Source of the DNA: an uncultured Verrucomicrobiae bacterium
GTDB taxonomy: Bacteria > Verrucomicrobiota > Verrucomicrobiia > Limisphaerales > Palsa-1400
Assembly (NCBI GenBank): GCA_963702845.1
Contig: OY969763.1
Span: forward strand, 4,160,001-4,224,000
Direction of reading: 5' to 3'
DNA length: 64,000 nt
Below are positions 11,019 to 25,402 of this stretch, piece after piece. Both the position numbers and the translations under genes were made by a program. Each line of letters starts with the position of its first letter. Positions within the stretch are counted from its first letter, which is position 1. The notes beneath the pieces are model-generated. The model ran no database searches. It was not told the origin of the DNA and saw only the letters and a list, made by a program, of their open reading frames with translations.

Positions 11019-12301
11019 CTACTTTCCGGATAAGTCGAAGCAGGCGGCTTCTTTGGTGCTGCGAACGTAGAGGCGGCCATCGCTCAGAGCGGGCGCGTTC
11101 CAGCACTTGCCGGTGACAGCTTCGAACTTTGCGATCTCGCTGATACGACCTCGGATCGGCTCGCACCAACGACAACCTGACCGGCATCGCCGAGAACAAT
11201 CAGCGTGTCACCGGCGAGAATCGTTCCGCCGGGGCCAAAGCCTTCTTGCGACCAATGAACATTGCCGGTGGAAAGCTCAACGCATTTCAATGGGCAGGTG
11301 CCGAATTCTTTGAAACCGAACAGGCCATAGAGAAAACCATCACGGACGGTGGGTGTGCTCCAATGATTGTTGATAACGCTCGCCGGTTGTTTCCAAAGTT
11401 CGGTCGAGGTGAATTTGTCGCCCGATTTGCTGATACGATAGGCGGCGGAACCAACTTGATAACCGGCCGAGCAATAAACGATGTCGCCGACGACGAGCGG
11501 ACTCATCGCGGTCGAGACATTGAAATGGAACGGCTGTTTCCATAGGATTTTGCCAGTCTTCTCGTCGACGGAGACGAGACCGGACTTGAGGAAGAAAATG
11601 ACTTGGCGCGTCCCAGCGATCGTCGCCACCGTCGGAGTCGAATGAGTGATCGTTTCGTTTCCCACTTTCCATGCAACGCGACCGGTGCCTTGGTCAAAGG
11701 CGAGCAGGGACTGTCCTTCCCCGCCACCAGCCATGAACACGAGGCCGTTGTCGATCACCGGCGACGCGGCGTTGTTCCAATGGATATTTTGACCCGCGAA
11801 TTCTTTGACGAGGTCGTGTTTCCAAATTTGCTTGCCGGTTTTTGCGTCGAAACAAGCGATGGCGAGATTGGCGCTGGTCGCGAAGACGTGGCCGTTGGTG
11901 ATCGCCGGAGTGGAGCGCGGGCCATCACCGCCCTTATTTTCGCCTTTTCCGGAGTTCGCTCCACCGCCGCCATGTTCAAGAAAATTGGCGACACCAAAAG
12001 GCTGCCCCCAAATTTCCTTGCCGGTTTTGGCGTCGAGCGCGAGGCAGATTTCCTGTTCCGCCCCGCCGATTTCACGGAGGGTCATCGTCGCGGCTATGCC
12101 ATTGCCGATAGCGAAGGAACTGAAACCACCGGGCGTCGGGTGTTGCCACAACTTGCGCGGGCCGCTCGACGGAAATTTTGCGACGACCGTTTCGGTGCTG
12201 ACGCCGTTGCGCGTCGGGCCGAGGTATTGCGTCCAGTCGGCGGCTTGCGCGGACGCGGTGAGCGCGAGCGCGAACGAAAGATTAAGCAATTGGCGCAGCA
12301 T
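11019..12301 (-). CDS. Secreted PQQ-like beta-propeller protein (BamB-like family); C-terminal frameshift
   Basis: ADWTQYLGPTRNG start, repeated A.DAKTGK.IW motifs; alternative frame ends LYVRSTKEAACFDLSGK*. Confidence 0.85.
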
Positions 12302-13080
12302 GATTTTTCTTCAGCCGTTGCAGCAACTCCTCGGTCAGGACTTCATAGGCTGCTGCGCCGGCGCTGTATTTATCGTAGTGGATAATTGGTTTTCCGAAAC
12401 TCGGGGCTTCGGCCAATCGCGTGGTGCGGGGAATGACGGTGTCGAAAACGGTATCTTTAAAATGGTCGCGGACGTCGCTGACGACTTGCGCGGAAAGGCG
12501 CGTGCGGGAATCGAACATCGTCATGATGACGCCGAGGAGTTGCAGGCGCGGATTGATGCCGCTGTCGCGGACCTGGTTCAAAACGCGATGGCTCATCGAG
12601 ATTCCTTCGAGCGCGTAATATTCGCACTGGAGCGGAATCATCAGGAAATCGGACGCGGCAAAAGCGTTCAGCGTCAAAATGCCAAGCGACGGCGGGCAAT
12701 CGATCAGGACAAAATCGTAACGATTTTCGGCGATGATCGGCTGGAGCGCCGTGGTCATGCGCTGGAGATGGTTTTCGGCGCGGGCGATTTCAATTTCGGC
12801 GCCGCACATGTCGACTTCGCTGGGGACGATGTCGAGGCGTTCGAAAGCAGTCGCTTTTATTTTTTCCGTCGAGCGTCGTTGAGCCGAGCAGCGCCTGATA
12901 TGAGCTTGCGCCTTCGATTTTGTCGATGCCAACACCGCTGGTGGCGTTGGCCTGGGGATCGAGGTCGATGAGCAGGACGCGTTTGCCGACTTGAGCAAGG
13001 CAGGCCGAGACATTGACGGTGGTGGTTGTTTTGCCCACGCCGCCTTTTTGGTTGGCCACGGAAATTACTTTTGTCGGCAC
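12282..13080 (-). CDS. parA: ParA/Soj chromosome partitioning ATPase (one frameshift near 12870)
   Basis: [56 protein letters not shown]. Confidence 0.92.
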
Positions 13081-13147
13081 GGTGGGATTAAACGCAATCC
13101 ACGGCGAGTTCAAAGTTCAAAGTGCGAACGATGGTTTTCAACGGCTT

Positions 13148-13304
13148 TCCGTTACCCCAACGCACCATCCGTTGTTCCCAACGCGTCTTCCTTGGCCCCA
13201 ACCGATCGCCGGAAAGGTTCATACGCGCCATCCGTTGGCCCAACGAGCCATCCGTGAAGCCCAACGAGGGTCCGTTGGCCCCAACGCGCCGTCCGCAGAA
13301 CCCC
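13148..13304. repeat. Degenerate ~20-22 bp tandem array, consensus ~TCCGTTGGCCCCAACGCGCCA, 7-8 units
   Basis: Units tccgttaccccaacgcacca / tccgttgttcccaacgcgtct / tccttggccccaaccgatcg / ... / tccgttggcccaacgagcca / tccgtgaagcccaacgaggg / tccgttggccccaacgcgccg. Confidence 0.8.
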
Positions 13305-13375
13305 TCATTTTATCGCTAAACGCCTAAAATATAGAAACATAGGACTAAAACAAAGGACACATATGTCACGACGCG

Positions 13376-14026
13376 TCAGTCGAAGAGCAGTTCGCCTTGG
13401 GACGGTTTGGCTGGGGGAGGAGGTGCGCCGTCGGGGACTAATGGCTTGCTCGGGGCGGCTTGCAAGATGGCGGCGTTTGGGTATTTGAACAGGTGTTCGA
13501 TCTGGTCCTCGGTCGTGACCGGGTCGAGCCAGGTGTCGTACTCGTCGGGCCGAACGATGAAGGGCATGCGTTTGTGGAAGGGGCTGACGACTTCGTTGGC
13601 GGCGGTGGTGATGATCGTGCAGCACGGCACTGGCGGTTTGTCAGGCATGGTCCATGAATCGATGATGCCGGCAAAATAAAATGGTTCGTGATCGGGAAAG
13701 GTGAAATGGAACGGCGTTTTGCCCTGCCATTCGTAGAATCCGTCGGACGGCATCAGGCAACGGCGTTGGAGGACGCTTTGGCGGAAGGCGGGTTTCTTGA
13801 GAATGCCCTCGCATTGAGCATTGATAATCGGGGCTTTGGACCAAACGGGTTGCAGTCCCCAACGGATTTCTTCGCTGATGAGTTTACCGGCAATGATGTA
13901 GATGATCGGAACGGTTTGAGTAGGCGCGATGTTGTAGCGTTCCTTCAAAAAAATCTGCAACTCCTCGTGCGAGAAGCGCGAGGCGAAGCGGAGTTGTTTC
14001 TTAGTTAACGTGTAACGGCCGCACAT
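13376..14026 (-). CDS. SOS response-associated peptidase (SRAP/YedK, abasic-site crosslinking protein)
   Basis: N-terminal MCGRY, RYNIAPTQ, RRCL.P.DGFYEW, IITT.AN, H.RMP. Confidence 0.93.
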   Translation of the reverse strand: MCGRYTLTKKQLRFASRFSHEELQIFLKERYNIAPTQTVPIIYIIAGKLISEEIRWGLQPVWSKAPIINAQCEGILKKPAFRQSVLQRRCLMPSDGFYEWQGKTPFHFTFPDHEPFYFAGIIDSWTMPDKPPVPCCTIITTAANEVVSPFHKRMPFIVRPDEYDTWLDPVTTEDQIEHLFKYPNAAILQAAPSKPLVPDGAPPPPAKPSQGELLFD

Positions 14027-14141
14027 ACGAACAATGCTAAAGCTAACGGCTAAATGCTAAAGTGAACGCAACAATTCCGCACGTTGGAAAGGCTTGCCAT
14101 GGGCAATCGGCAGGTTCACTCTCGCGACCAGGAGAGGTTGC

Positions 14142-16517
14142 ATGAGGACACGATGGATTCTACTTGTATTCGCTTCGATTTCGATCTTTGCCGTGTTGTG
14201 CCCGTCCTCACGGGCGGCGGATGAACGGGCTGCTTTAGAGAAAAAGCGTCAGGAGTTGCGGGCCAAGGGTTTTAAAACCGATCTTTCCGATTTCAACTTT
14301 TCCGCAACGCCTGATGAGTTCAAGCGATCACAATTGGTCAAAACAATTGACCCGCATCTTTGGGCGCGTGCGAACGCCCGTGGCATCAGCGCCTCGTTCA
14401 CCGGCTTGAAATTACGGACGCTGGTCACGTCAAACACCGTGTTGGTCTTTTGGAATTCGCCGTCGATCGGAGATAGCGATTCGCAGGAAAGCGACTGGCA
14501 ATCGTTGCAAGAAACTTTTACAGAACACGGGACGCAATTGGACGAACTCGCGCAATCAATGGCAAAAGGTCCGTATGCATTCGACCTGCAGGCGCGCGCC
14601 GGTAACTCGATGTTGTTACCGCATGTCGCGCAAATCAAAAGTCTGACGCAAGCATTTGCAGCGAGAGCGATGTTGGAGTTGCACGACGGACATGCCGATG
14701 CGGCATGGTCGAATCTACTGGCTGCGACAAGGCTTTCTACACGGTGGCGCATTGAACCGGTGGAGATCTCATACATGGTCCGGTACGCATGCGCGACGAT
14801 TGCCTTCGATGCAGCATGGCAGGCATTGCAAACCAACTGTTGGAATGACGAACAATTGCTCGCGCTCCAGAAAGAATGGGAATCGGTAAATTGGTTTGCT
14901 GGACTTGAAGAGATGGCCGCGTTCGAAGGTGCGTCGGCGGCAGATATGTGCCGAATAGACCGGACTAATTCGCTGAGCCTGAAAATCCCGTTGCAGGACG
15001 CGCTGCGCCATCCCACATACGCAGTCGAGGAGGTAAAGTATTATCGGCAGCAAAAGGATTATCAGGAGCACGGCTCTTACGACGATGAGAAGGGTTTGTT
15101 GGAGTTCTTCTATCAACGGCAGCAAGAGACTCGACGCGCGCTCGAAGGCAAGACGTGGACAGAAATGCAACAGATGCCGGGCGTGATGAACTTTTCGGAA
15201 TTCCAATCGAAGCACCGGTCGCGTGTGCAGTCTCAACTGAATATGAAATCTGTGCGACATAGGGCGTTCTCGTTGAACGGGCAGCCGCAAACCATCCTCG
15301 GACGCGCCGCCGACATGGTAGCGCGCTGCCGGGTGTTGGTCACGGCTGTTGCGTTGGAGCGATATCAACTTCGACATCACGAGTATCCCGCGCGTCTGAC
15401 GCAATTGGCACCGGAAGTTTTAGACACGGAGCCGTTGGATTTTTGCGATGGGAAACCATTGCGCTATCAACCGACACAACCACGTTACGCTTTGTATTCG
15501 ATAGGTCTCGACGGAGTCGATGATGGCGGTGCGCTCGTCGATCATACGTCGCGAGCGTTTCGGGAAGCGGAGCGATTGAACAAGCATGAACCCGAAGATA
15601 TCGTTTGGCCTCGACCGCCCACGGGCGATGACATGCGCGAGCAGAGAGAGAACTGGCGCGACAAAACGAAGAACATCTGATGAAGGGGATCCAGTGGCGA
15701 CGCCGCGCTGCGTTGGAAAACAAAGCGCATGTGGAGGAATTGAGTCGATTGTTTGGCAGGCCAAGAATTCAGATGACCAATGAACCGAAGTATGCGGGAC
15801 GTCCGCTGAAAGGGCTGCTCGGCATCAGAAATGCACTCGGCCGCACGAACGCGAGTCTCGAAGAACTGTTGACACTGAAACAGGTCAAGACGGAGCAGGA
15901 ACCGGAGGTCGTCACGTTTGAGTTACCGATTCAGTACCGATGTCATGACGAATCTGGGTTCGCTGCGGTTATTGATTGATCCAGAAGCGCGCCGAGCGGT
16001 CCGCGCGCGGGACACTGAATCGCCGGCCGATCCGGAGTTTCATCGCGTGATCCAAGGGAGCAACGGGTTGGCCAGGATTGAATGGAGCACGATTTTTATA
16101 CCCCCAGGAAAGCACTTTCTAATGACGGAGTTCACAGTCGAAGGACGGACTTATTCGCGAGCGAACTCACGAACCTTTTCGGAAGAAGAAAGTTACGTCG
16201 TCCATGGACCAATGGTGCCGTTTGAAATAACAAACGTTTGCTACTTCGACATCGTGTCCACCACTTACGACCCGACAAATGGTGGGCCTTTGTATGCGTT
16301 TATCGCTGAATCGAACGCGACTTACACCGCAGAGTTAAAAGCGCCTTCCGGCCAGCACATCCGAAGTTTCAAAGGCACAACGACGAATGGAGTAATCGAT
16401 ATTCGCTGGGATGCAAAGGATGAACAAGGTCGGTATTATGGAAGCGGATGGGTGGACACGTTTTTCGATATCACGCTGACCGATTCCGGACGTCACCAGA
16501 AACTCAAAGGACCGTGA
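14142..16517 (+). CDS. Large secreted hypothetical protein, probably one gene split by indels (ORFs 14142-15680, 15680-15979, 15918-16517)
   Basis: RBS aggagagg, signal peptide; DFCDGKPLRY...LYSIGLDGVDDGG motif resembling pseudopilin-like C-termini; distal beta-rich domain (IRWDAKDEQG). Confidence 0.55.
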
Positions 16518-16638
16518 GACTTCGGTTGACACACGCAGGCATCAAGAACGCAACCCGCCACTCATCCCGCCTTCTGCAATCGCCGACCTTATCTCCGGGC
16601 AGGTCAGTTGTTTTTCGAACGCGGGTGCGATGGTCCGT

Positions 16639-18399
16639 TTACTTCGTTGCCATCAATGCCGCGAAGGCGATGGTGTTTTGGAGCATGTGAATGGCCATGG
16701 GGAACCAGATGGATTTGGAGGTGTGACGAGCCCAGCCAAGGAGTAGCCCAATCAGGAACAGCGGGAAGAAATAGATCAGGTCCATGTGGACTGCGCCGAA
16801 AATGGCGGCTGTGATCAGGATTGTCCAAATGGGTGTTAGCCATTTGCTCAAGGCTCCATAGAGCAGGCCGCGAAAGAGCGTTTCTTCGGAGAGGGGAGCG
16901 ATGATGGCGACGGCGATTGCGGCCAGCGCGCGGTGTTCGTGGACGAGGTCGAGGATGAAACGGATATTGCGCGGTTCGGGTTTTGTGTGGGTGATGGAGT
17001 TGATGACGGTTGCGTAAACGCCGGCGATTACGGCAATCCCGACCCAACCCGCAAAGGCCAAGCCGATTTGTTTCCACGCCACAGAAACTGGTTTGAAGGG
17101 TTGGCCCCACGGTTGTTTTGGGAAGGCATGAAACGCGGCGAACAGGAGCGGAACGGGTGCGAGGAGGAGGCCTGCGATTAAATTTGCGGAGGTGAACAGG
17201 CCGGCGAAGAACATCAACGCGACCTGACTTTCGAAATATAACAGGAGCCAACCGATGGCAAAAGCGAGGTGCGGGTGGTCGGCGGTGGATGCCCGGAAAC
17301 TTTTACGCAAGAGGAATACCGACCCGACGACGTAGACGAGGCCGAGAAGAATGGCGGCGCCGGCAAATATTACAGGATAGAGATCGTTGGCTTTCTTGTA
17401 GTCGTGGTTGATCAGGTAGGCGGCAAGCAAGGTCAGTCGGATCGTTTTGTTGGAGGCAGTATTGGACACGGGCTCGAGGACTTTGATGGCCTCAGGAGCG
17501 CGATGGGCCTGGATCAATGCATACGCTTGTGATTGCTGGTTGCGAAGATCGTCTGGCTTGATCTGAGCAGCTTTGGCGAAGGAATCGGCGGCACGGTCGT
17601 ATTGGTCGAGCTTCAGATAGGAGTAGCTAAGCCATGTTCGCAGAAAATAGTTCGTGGGCTCAATCTTCAGCCCGTTGGTGAAGGTGGTGATGGCCGGGGA
17701 GTATTCATGGAGGTGAAACTGCGAGAAGCCGAGCCATTCAAGGGCGAAAATATTGGTGGGTTCGAATTTTAGGGTGTGATTGAGGAGTATCTCGGCCCTT
17801 CGATAATTCTTGGTGTGCGCGTGGGCCATGCCGCCACGCTCACAGCGATAGGCTGTTTCACCACCAAACTGAATGGCCCGATCAAAGGCAAAGGCGGCTT
17901 GCGCGCTGTTGGTGCGTCGTTCGTAGATGTAGCCGAGTTGGTCGTAGACGTCCGGAGAATCTGTTTTGAGTTCGACGGCAATGTTTAATTCGCGCTCGGC
18001 ATCGTCGAATTTCTTCAGCAGCGACAGACAGATACCGAGCCATTCGTGGCCGTCGGGAATTTGGGGATGGAGCGCGGTGTATCGAGCAAAGGCGCGAGCG
18101 GCGGTATCGATTTTATCCTGCACGTAACAGCAATAGGCCAATCGCCACATCGAAGCCGAGTCGTTGTTGTTTTGCTTCAGGACCTCAGTGAACAGTTTTT
18201 CGGCGGCGGCGTAGTCCTTGTTTTCGTAGCGCTCGAGCGCTTTTTTGCGCAAAGCGATTGTCTTGGGCGAATCGTTGGCGGATTCGTCGTTGTGAATATC
18301 GAGCACGGGCGGTTGCAGGAGGCGCGTGGCTGGATTGGTCTGCGCGAACGCGGCTGTGCTGAGCAAAACCAGCAATGCAAGTTGGCGCAGGAATGTCAC
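16639..18399 (-). CDS. TPR-repeat protein fused to a CPBP (CAAX/Abi) intramembrane metalloprotease
   Basis: Signal peptide, multiple TPRs, then TM domain with EETLFRG, FGAVH and HMLQN CPBP motifs. Confidence 0.85.
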   Translation of the reverse strand: MTFLRQLALLVLLSTAAFAQTNPATRLLQPPVLDIHNDESANDSPKTIALRKKALERYENKDYAAAEKLFTEVLKQNNNDSASMWRLAYCCYVQDKIDTAARAFARYTALHPQIPDGHEWLGICLSLLKKFDDAERELNIAVELKTDSPDVYDQLGYIYERRTNSAQAAFAFDRAIQFGGETAYRCERGGMAHAHTKNYRRAEILLNHTLKFEPTNIFALEWLGFSQFHLHEYSPAITTFTNGLKIEPTNYFLRTWLSYSYLKLDQYDRAADSFAKAAQIKPDDLRNQQSQAYALIQAHRAPEAIKVLEPVSNTASNKTIRLTLLAAYLINHDYKKANDLYPVIFAGAAILLGLVYVVGSVFLLRKSFRASTADHPHLAFAIGWLLLYFESQVALMFFAGLFTSANLIAGLLLAPVPLLFAAFHAFPKQPWGQPFKPVSVAWKQIGLAFAGWVGIAVIAGVYATVINSITHTKPEPRNIRFILDLVHEHRALAAIAVAIIAPLSEETLFRGLLYGALSKWLTPIWTILITAAIFGAVHMDLIYFFPLFLIGLLLGWARHTSKSIWFPMAIHMLQNTIAFAALMATK

Positions 18400-18678
18400 G
18401 TCGGCGACAACGTAAGCTGAAGCACTGTTGAGAAGGAACTGCAAACTGTGAGGAAGCGTGGAAAAGCGTTAACCGTGGTTGGCGTGTGCAGTTTAGTTCG
18501 CTTCGCGCTGGGAAACGTCAGCAAACTTTCGAAATTTCTTTCGGTGATCGAGTTGCTGCGGACTGAAAGTCCGCACTCCGTCGAAAACGGCGCGCGCGAA
18601 ACGACGCGGCCTACCGCTTGCCGTCAAACGCTTGATTGTTGTTTGTGGAGGTTTGGTTTAGCTTCGCCGCCAACGATC

Positions 18679-19692
18679 ATGACTACACCGTCGATTATTT
18701 GCGTTTCCTTGTTCATTGCGGCTTTCACGGCTTTGTCGATTGAGGCCCAGCCGAACAAATCCAAAGGCCTCCTCCTAGTTTGCAATAAAGGGGACCACAC
18801 ACTTTCGATTTTTGACCCCGAATCCGGCGAGCAACTCGCAGCCGTACCAGAAGACGGAATAACAGGACATGAAGTCATCGCGTCGGCAGATGGTAACCTG
18901 GCGTTTGTGCCGATTTACGGGAACGCGGGTGTCGGCAAGACCGGGACGGATGGGTCGCTGATTCGCGTGATTGATCTGGATAAGAAAGCAGTCGTTGGAA
19001 GCATCGATTTTCACAAGGGCGTGCGACCGCATTGCGCGGTTATCGGACCGAAGAACCATCTGCTCTATGTTTCGACAGAGTTGGAGAAATCGATCAAAGT
19101 GATGGATCCGAAGTCGTGGAAGATCCTGGGCTCGATTCCGACGGGACAAACAGAGTCGCATATGTTTGCGATTACGAGCGACGGTAAGACGGCCTATTCC
19201 GCGAATGTCGGGCCTGGAACGGTTTCCGTGATCGATATTAAGGCGAAGAAAGTTTTGAAAGTAATTCCGATTTCCGCAAAGACGCAACGCATCTCCATTT
19301 CGCCGGATGACCGCTGGGTTTTCACTGCCGACCAGACGAAGCCGCAACTGGCTGTGATCGATGCGAAGAAGAATGAAGTGGTGAAATGGGTCGAATTGCC
19401 GGCGACCGGTTATGGCACGGGGATCACGCCTGACGGCAAGTTGTTGATCATCGCGATTCCGAAATTGCACCAGGTTGCGGCGGTGGATTTGAACACGTTT
19501 ACGGTAACAAAGACGGTTGAAGTGCCGAAGACGCCGCAATTTGTTTTGGTTAGACCGGATGGAAAAATGGCTTACGTTTCATGTGACGCGAGCAAGCAGG
19601 TCACGGCCATTGACGTGGAGACTTTCAAGGTCCAAAAGTTGATCAATGCGGGTGCCGGCGCGGATGGGTTGGCGTGGGCTGCGCGGAAGTGA
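18679..19692 (+). CDS. YncE/YVTN-type beta-propeller secreted protein
   Basis: Signal peptide; repeated SVID..KKV...I, TPDGK, SPDDR blades. Confidence 0.8.
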   Translation: MTTPSIICVSLFIAAFTALSIEAQPNKSKGLLLVCNKGDHTLSIFDPESGEQLAAVPEDGITGHEVIASADGNLAFVPIYGNAGVGKTGTDGSLIRVIDLDKKAVVGSIDFHKGVRPHCAVIGPKNHLLYVSTELEKSIKVMDPKSWKILGSIPTGQTESHMFAITSDGKTAYSANVGPGTVSVIDIKAKKVLKVIPISAKTQRISISPDDRWVFTADQTKPQLAVIDAKKNEVVKWVELPATGYGTGITPDGKLLIIAIPKLHQVAAVDLNTFTVTKTVEVPKTPQFVLVRPDGKMAYVSCDASKQVTAIDVETFKVQKLINAGAGADGLAWAARK

Positions 19693-19792
19693 TTTTGGCA
19701 GTCCAAAATTCCTCAAAAATAATCAAACGAATTGGGCCCAAACCGGTCTAATTTTCAGGTCGTTTCAGGTGGCCAGGACAAAGGGACACATA

Positions 19793-19872
19793 CCACAACA
19801 TCTAGATTCCGACTTGGGAAAGCTCCACAACTAATGGCGTTTTTGAGAGGAAAAAACATCAATATAAAGGTT
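19793..19872. promoter_or_regulatory. Three NrdR-box-like sites at 32-bp spacing upstream of gyrB
   Basis: ccaCAAcATcTAGatt (19793), ccaCAActaaTgGcgt (19825), catCAAtATaaaGgtt (19857) versus the NrdR consensus acaCwAtATaTwGtgt. Confidence 0.5.
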
Positions 19873-19977
19873 GTCGGAACGAGGGGTTTTTACTAAAGTT
19901 TTTTGTCCAAAAGGACCGAATAAACCTACAGTGGTTTTTGGCCGATTTTACGGCCTCGAAAAAGAGAGATTTTTATA

Positions 19978-22449
<2,472 letters not shown>

Positions 22450-22534
22450 GTCTGAATTACCAATTACAGATTACAAAATTGCGGGCTCTGAATCGCTATA
22501 ACGTATCAATCGGTTGAATTGAGATTTTTCCCCC

Positions 22535-25234
22535 ATGCCTGACGATAACGAAAAGACACCACCGCCCGAGCAACCATCCGGTTTCGGTGCTACCCCGCTT
22601 TATGCGGCTAATGAAAAAATCGAGAAAATCAACGTCGCGGACGAAATCAAGAACTCGTTCCTCGACTACTCGATGTCCGTCATCATTTCCCGCGCGTTGC
22701 CCGATGCGCGCGATGGTCTGAAACCTTCGCAGCGCCGCATTCTCTACGCGATGCACGATCTCTCCCTGTTCCCGAACAGGCAGCATCGTAAATGCGCGAA
22801 GATTTGCGGTGACACCAGCGGTAACTACCATCCGCACGGTGAAGCGGTCATTTACCCGACGCTCGTCCACATGGCCCAACCCTGGGCGATGCGCGAACGA
22901 TTGGTCGATGGCCAGGGCAATTTCGGTTCCGTCGAAGGCGATCCACCGGCCGCCATGCGTTATACCGAAGCGCGCATGACGCACCTCGGTGCCGCGCTGA
23001 TGTATGACATGGACAAAGATACTGTCGATTTTGTCCCGAACTACGACGAAACGCGCACCGAGCCAACAGTATTCCCGGCCGCATTTCCGAACCTGCTCGT
23101 CAACGGCGGCACCGGTATCGCCGTCGGTATGGCGACCAACATGGCGCCGCACAATCTCGGCGAATGCATCGATGGCATTTGCGCGCAGATCGATAACCCG
23201 AACATCACGATCCCTGAGTTGATGAAGTTCATCAAGGGCCCGGATTTTCCGACCGGTTGCACAATTTGCGGCGTCGAGGGCATCAAACAATATTTCAAAC
23301 CGGCCGCGGCGCGGTCAAGATTCGCGGCAAAATCGGCGTTGAAGAAATCAAAGGCGGCCGCGAATCGATCGTCATCACGCAAATTCCGTATAACGTCAAT
23401 CGCGCGACGTTGGTCGAGCGCATCGCCGAGTTGGTCAACGAAAAAGTCCTTCCTGACATCACCGGCATTCGCGACGAATCCGATGAAAACACGCGCGTGG
23501 TCATCGACATCAAGCGCGATGCCATCGCCAAGGTCGTCATCAACAATCTATACGAGCACACCGCGCTCGAAACCAGTTTTGCGGTCAACGCGCTCGCCAT
23601 CGATCATGGCCGGCCGAAGACGCTCTCACTCAAAGAGCTGATCAATTGCTACATCGAGCATCGCCGCGAAGTCGTCTTGCGCCGCACGCGTTACGAACTG
23701 CGCAAAGCCGAAGAACGCGCCGAGATTCCTCGAAGGTTACCTCATTGCCCTGGCGAACATGGATGAGTTCATCCGCATCATTCGCGAATCGCGCAACAAA
23801 GATGAAGCCAAGATCAAGTTGCTGGCGTTTGACTTTTCACGCGCCAACAAGTCGAGCGACTTTGCTGTCATCATCCGCAGCGAAGCGCGCCTGACCAACG
23901 GCCGCTATTCCTTCAGCGAAGCCCAGGCCAACGCGATTTTGGAACTGCGCCTCTATCAACTGACCGGCCTGGAAGTCGACAAGATCAAAGCCGAATACAA
24001 CGAAGTTGCTTGAGAACGCATCGTCGACCTGCAGAGACATTCTCGCGAAAGAATCGCGCGTCTTCGCGATCATCAAAGCCGAGCTGCAGGAGATCAAAGC
24101 AGAAATACGCCACGCCGCGTATGACCGAGATCGTTCCCGACGAGGGCGAAATCGCGATCGAAGACCTGATCGCCAACGAAGGTGTCATCATCACCATCAC
24201 CCACGCCGGCCTGATCAAGCGCACCAACGTCAGCGAATATCGCGCGCAACGGCGCGGCGGCAAAGGCGTCATCGGCATGACCACGCGCGAGTCGGCCGCT
24301 GCAGGCGAAGCCGGAAGATTTCATCGAACACCTGTTCACCGCCAGCACGCACGATTACCTGATGTTCTTCACGAACACCGGCCGTGCCTACGTCGAGCGC
24401 GTGCACGAAATTCCCGACATGGGCCGCACCTCAAAAGGCCGCAGCATCGCGAATATTCTCGAATTGAAAGCCGACGAAAAAATCGCCGCGCTCATCCGCG
24501 TCGAGTCCAAGGTCAACGAGAACAAAGGAAGACATCACCTGGACGCAGTCGCAGCACGTGTTCTTTGCCACCCAAAAAGGCACGGTGAAAAAGACTGCGC
24601 TTGAAGATTTCGCGAACATCCGCAAAGGCGGCATCATCGCCATCGGCATCGAAGAAGGCGACAAGCTGATCGAATGCCGGCTCACCAGCGGTCAAGGACG
24701 AAGTCGTCCTCATCACCAGAGAGGGCATGAGCATCCGTTTCTCCGAAGAAGACGTGCGCTCCATGGGCCGCCCCGCCACTGGCGTTCGCGGAATCAATCT
24801 CGATGCAGAGCGACGAACTGGTCGCCCTTGCCGTCGTCGTGCCAGATGCGACGCTGTTGGTCGCCGGCGAACGTGGCATCGGCAAACGCACCGATTTCGG
24901 CGAATACCGCCAGCAATCCCGCGGCGGCAAAGGCATCATCACCATGAAGACCAGCGACAAAACTGGTTGCGTCGCCGGCGCGCTGACCGTGAAGGACGCC
25001 GACGAAATCATGCTCATCACCGTCGGCGGCCAAATGGTCCGCACCCGCGTGCAAGACATCCGCGAAGCCGGCCGCAACACCCAAGGCGTGAAACTGATCA
25101 ACCTTGAAGGCGAAGACAAACTCCAAGGCATCGCCCCCGTCATCAGCGAAGAAAAACAAGACGCCGAAGCCGAAGAACCACCGGCTGCAGAAGGTGCCAC
25201 TCCCACCGAGCCACCCCCTGCTCCCCAGAGCTAA
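22535..25234 (+). CDS. gyrA: DNA gyrase subunit A (several indel frameshifts)
   Basis: [25 protein letters not shown], GyrA-box QRRGGKG, C-terminal pinwheel repeats. Confidence 0.97.
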
Positions 25235-25250
25235 ATTAAAATTCTCACAA

Positions 25251-25280
25251 GGCGCCGAGCAAAACTCGGCGCCTTTTTTT
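25251..25280 (+). terminator. Intrinsic terminator after gyrA
   Basis: ggcgccgag-caaaa-ctcggcgcc followed by T7. Confidence 0.9.
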
Positions 25281-25402
25281 GTGGGAGACGAGGTAACGAA
25301 TCTCGAGTGCATCTACCTGCGTCCTGAGCCACGGGTGTTTCCGTTTGCTCCTTTCAGCCTTGCAATCCCGGCCATCTCAGTCAAAAACACAACCACAACC
25401 AG

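Noticed and set aside
13148..13304. CRISPR array
   Set aside because: Units are contiguous and degenerate with no unique spacers; no cas genes in the window
14027..14095. LexA box upstream of the SRAP gene
   Set aside because: Only a lone GAACA half-site; no complete inverted repeat
19692..19977. Replication origin near gyrB/parA
   Set aside because: AT-rich, but no cluster of DnaA boxes (TTATCCACA) and no dnaA/dnaN in the window
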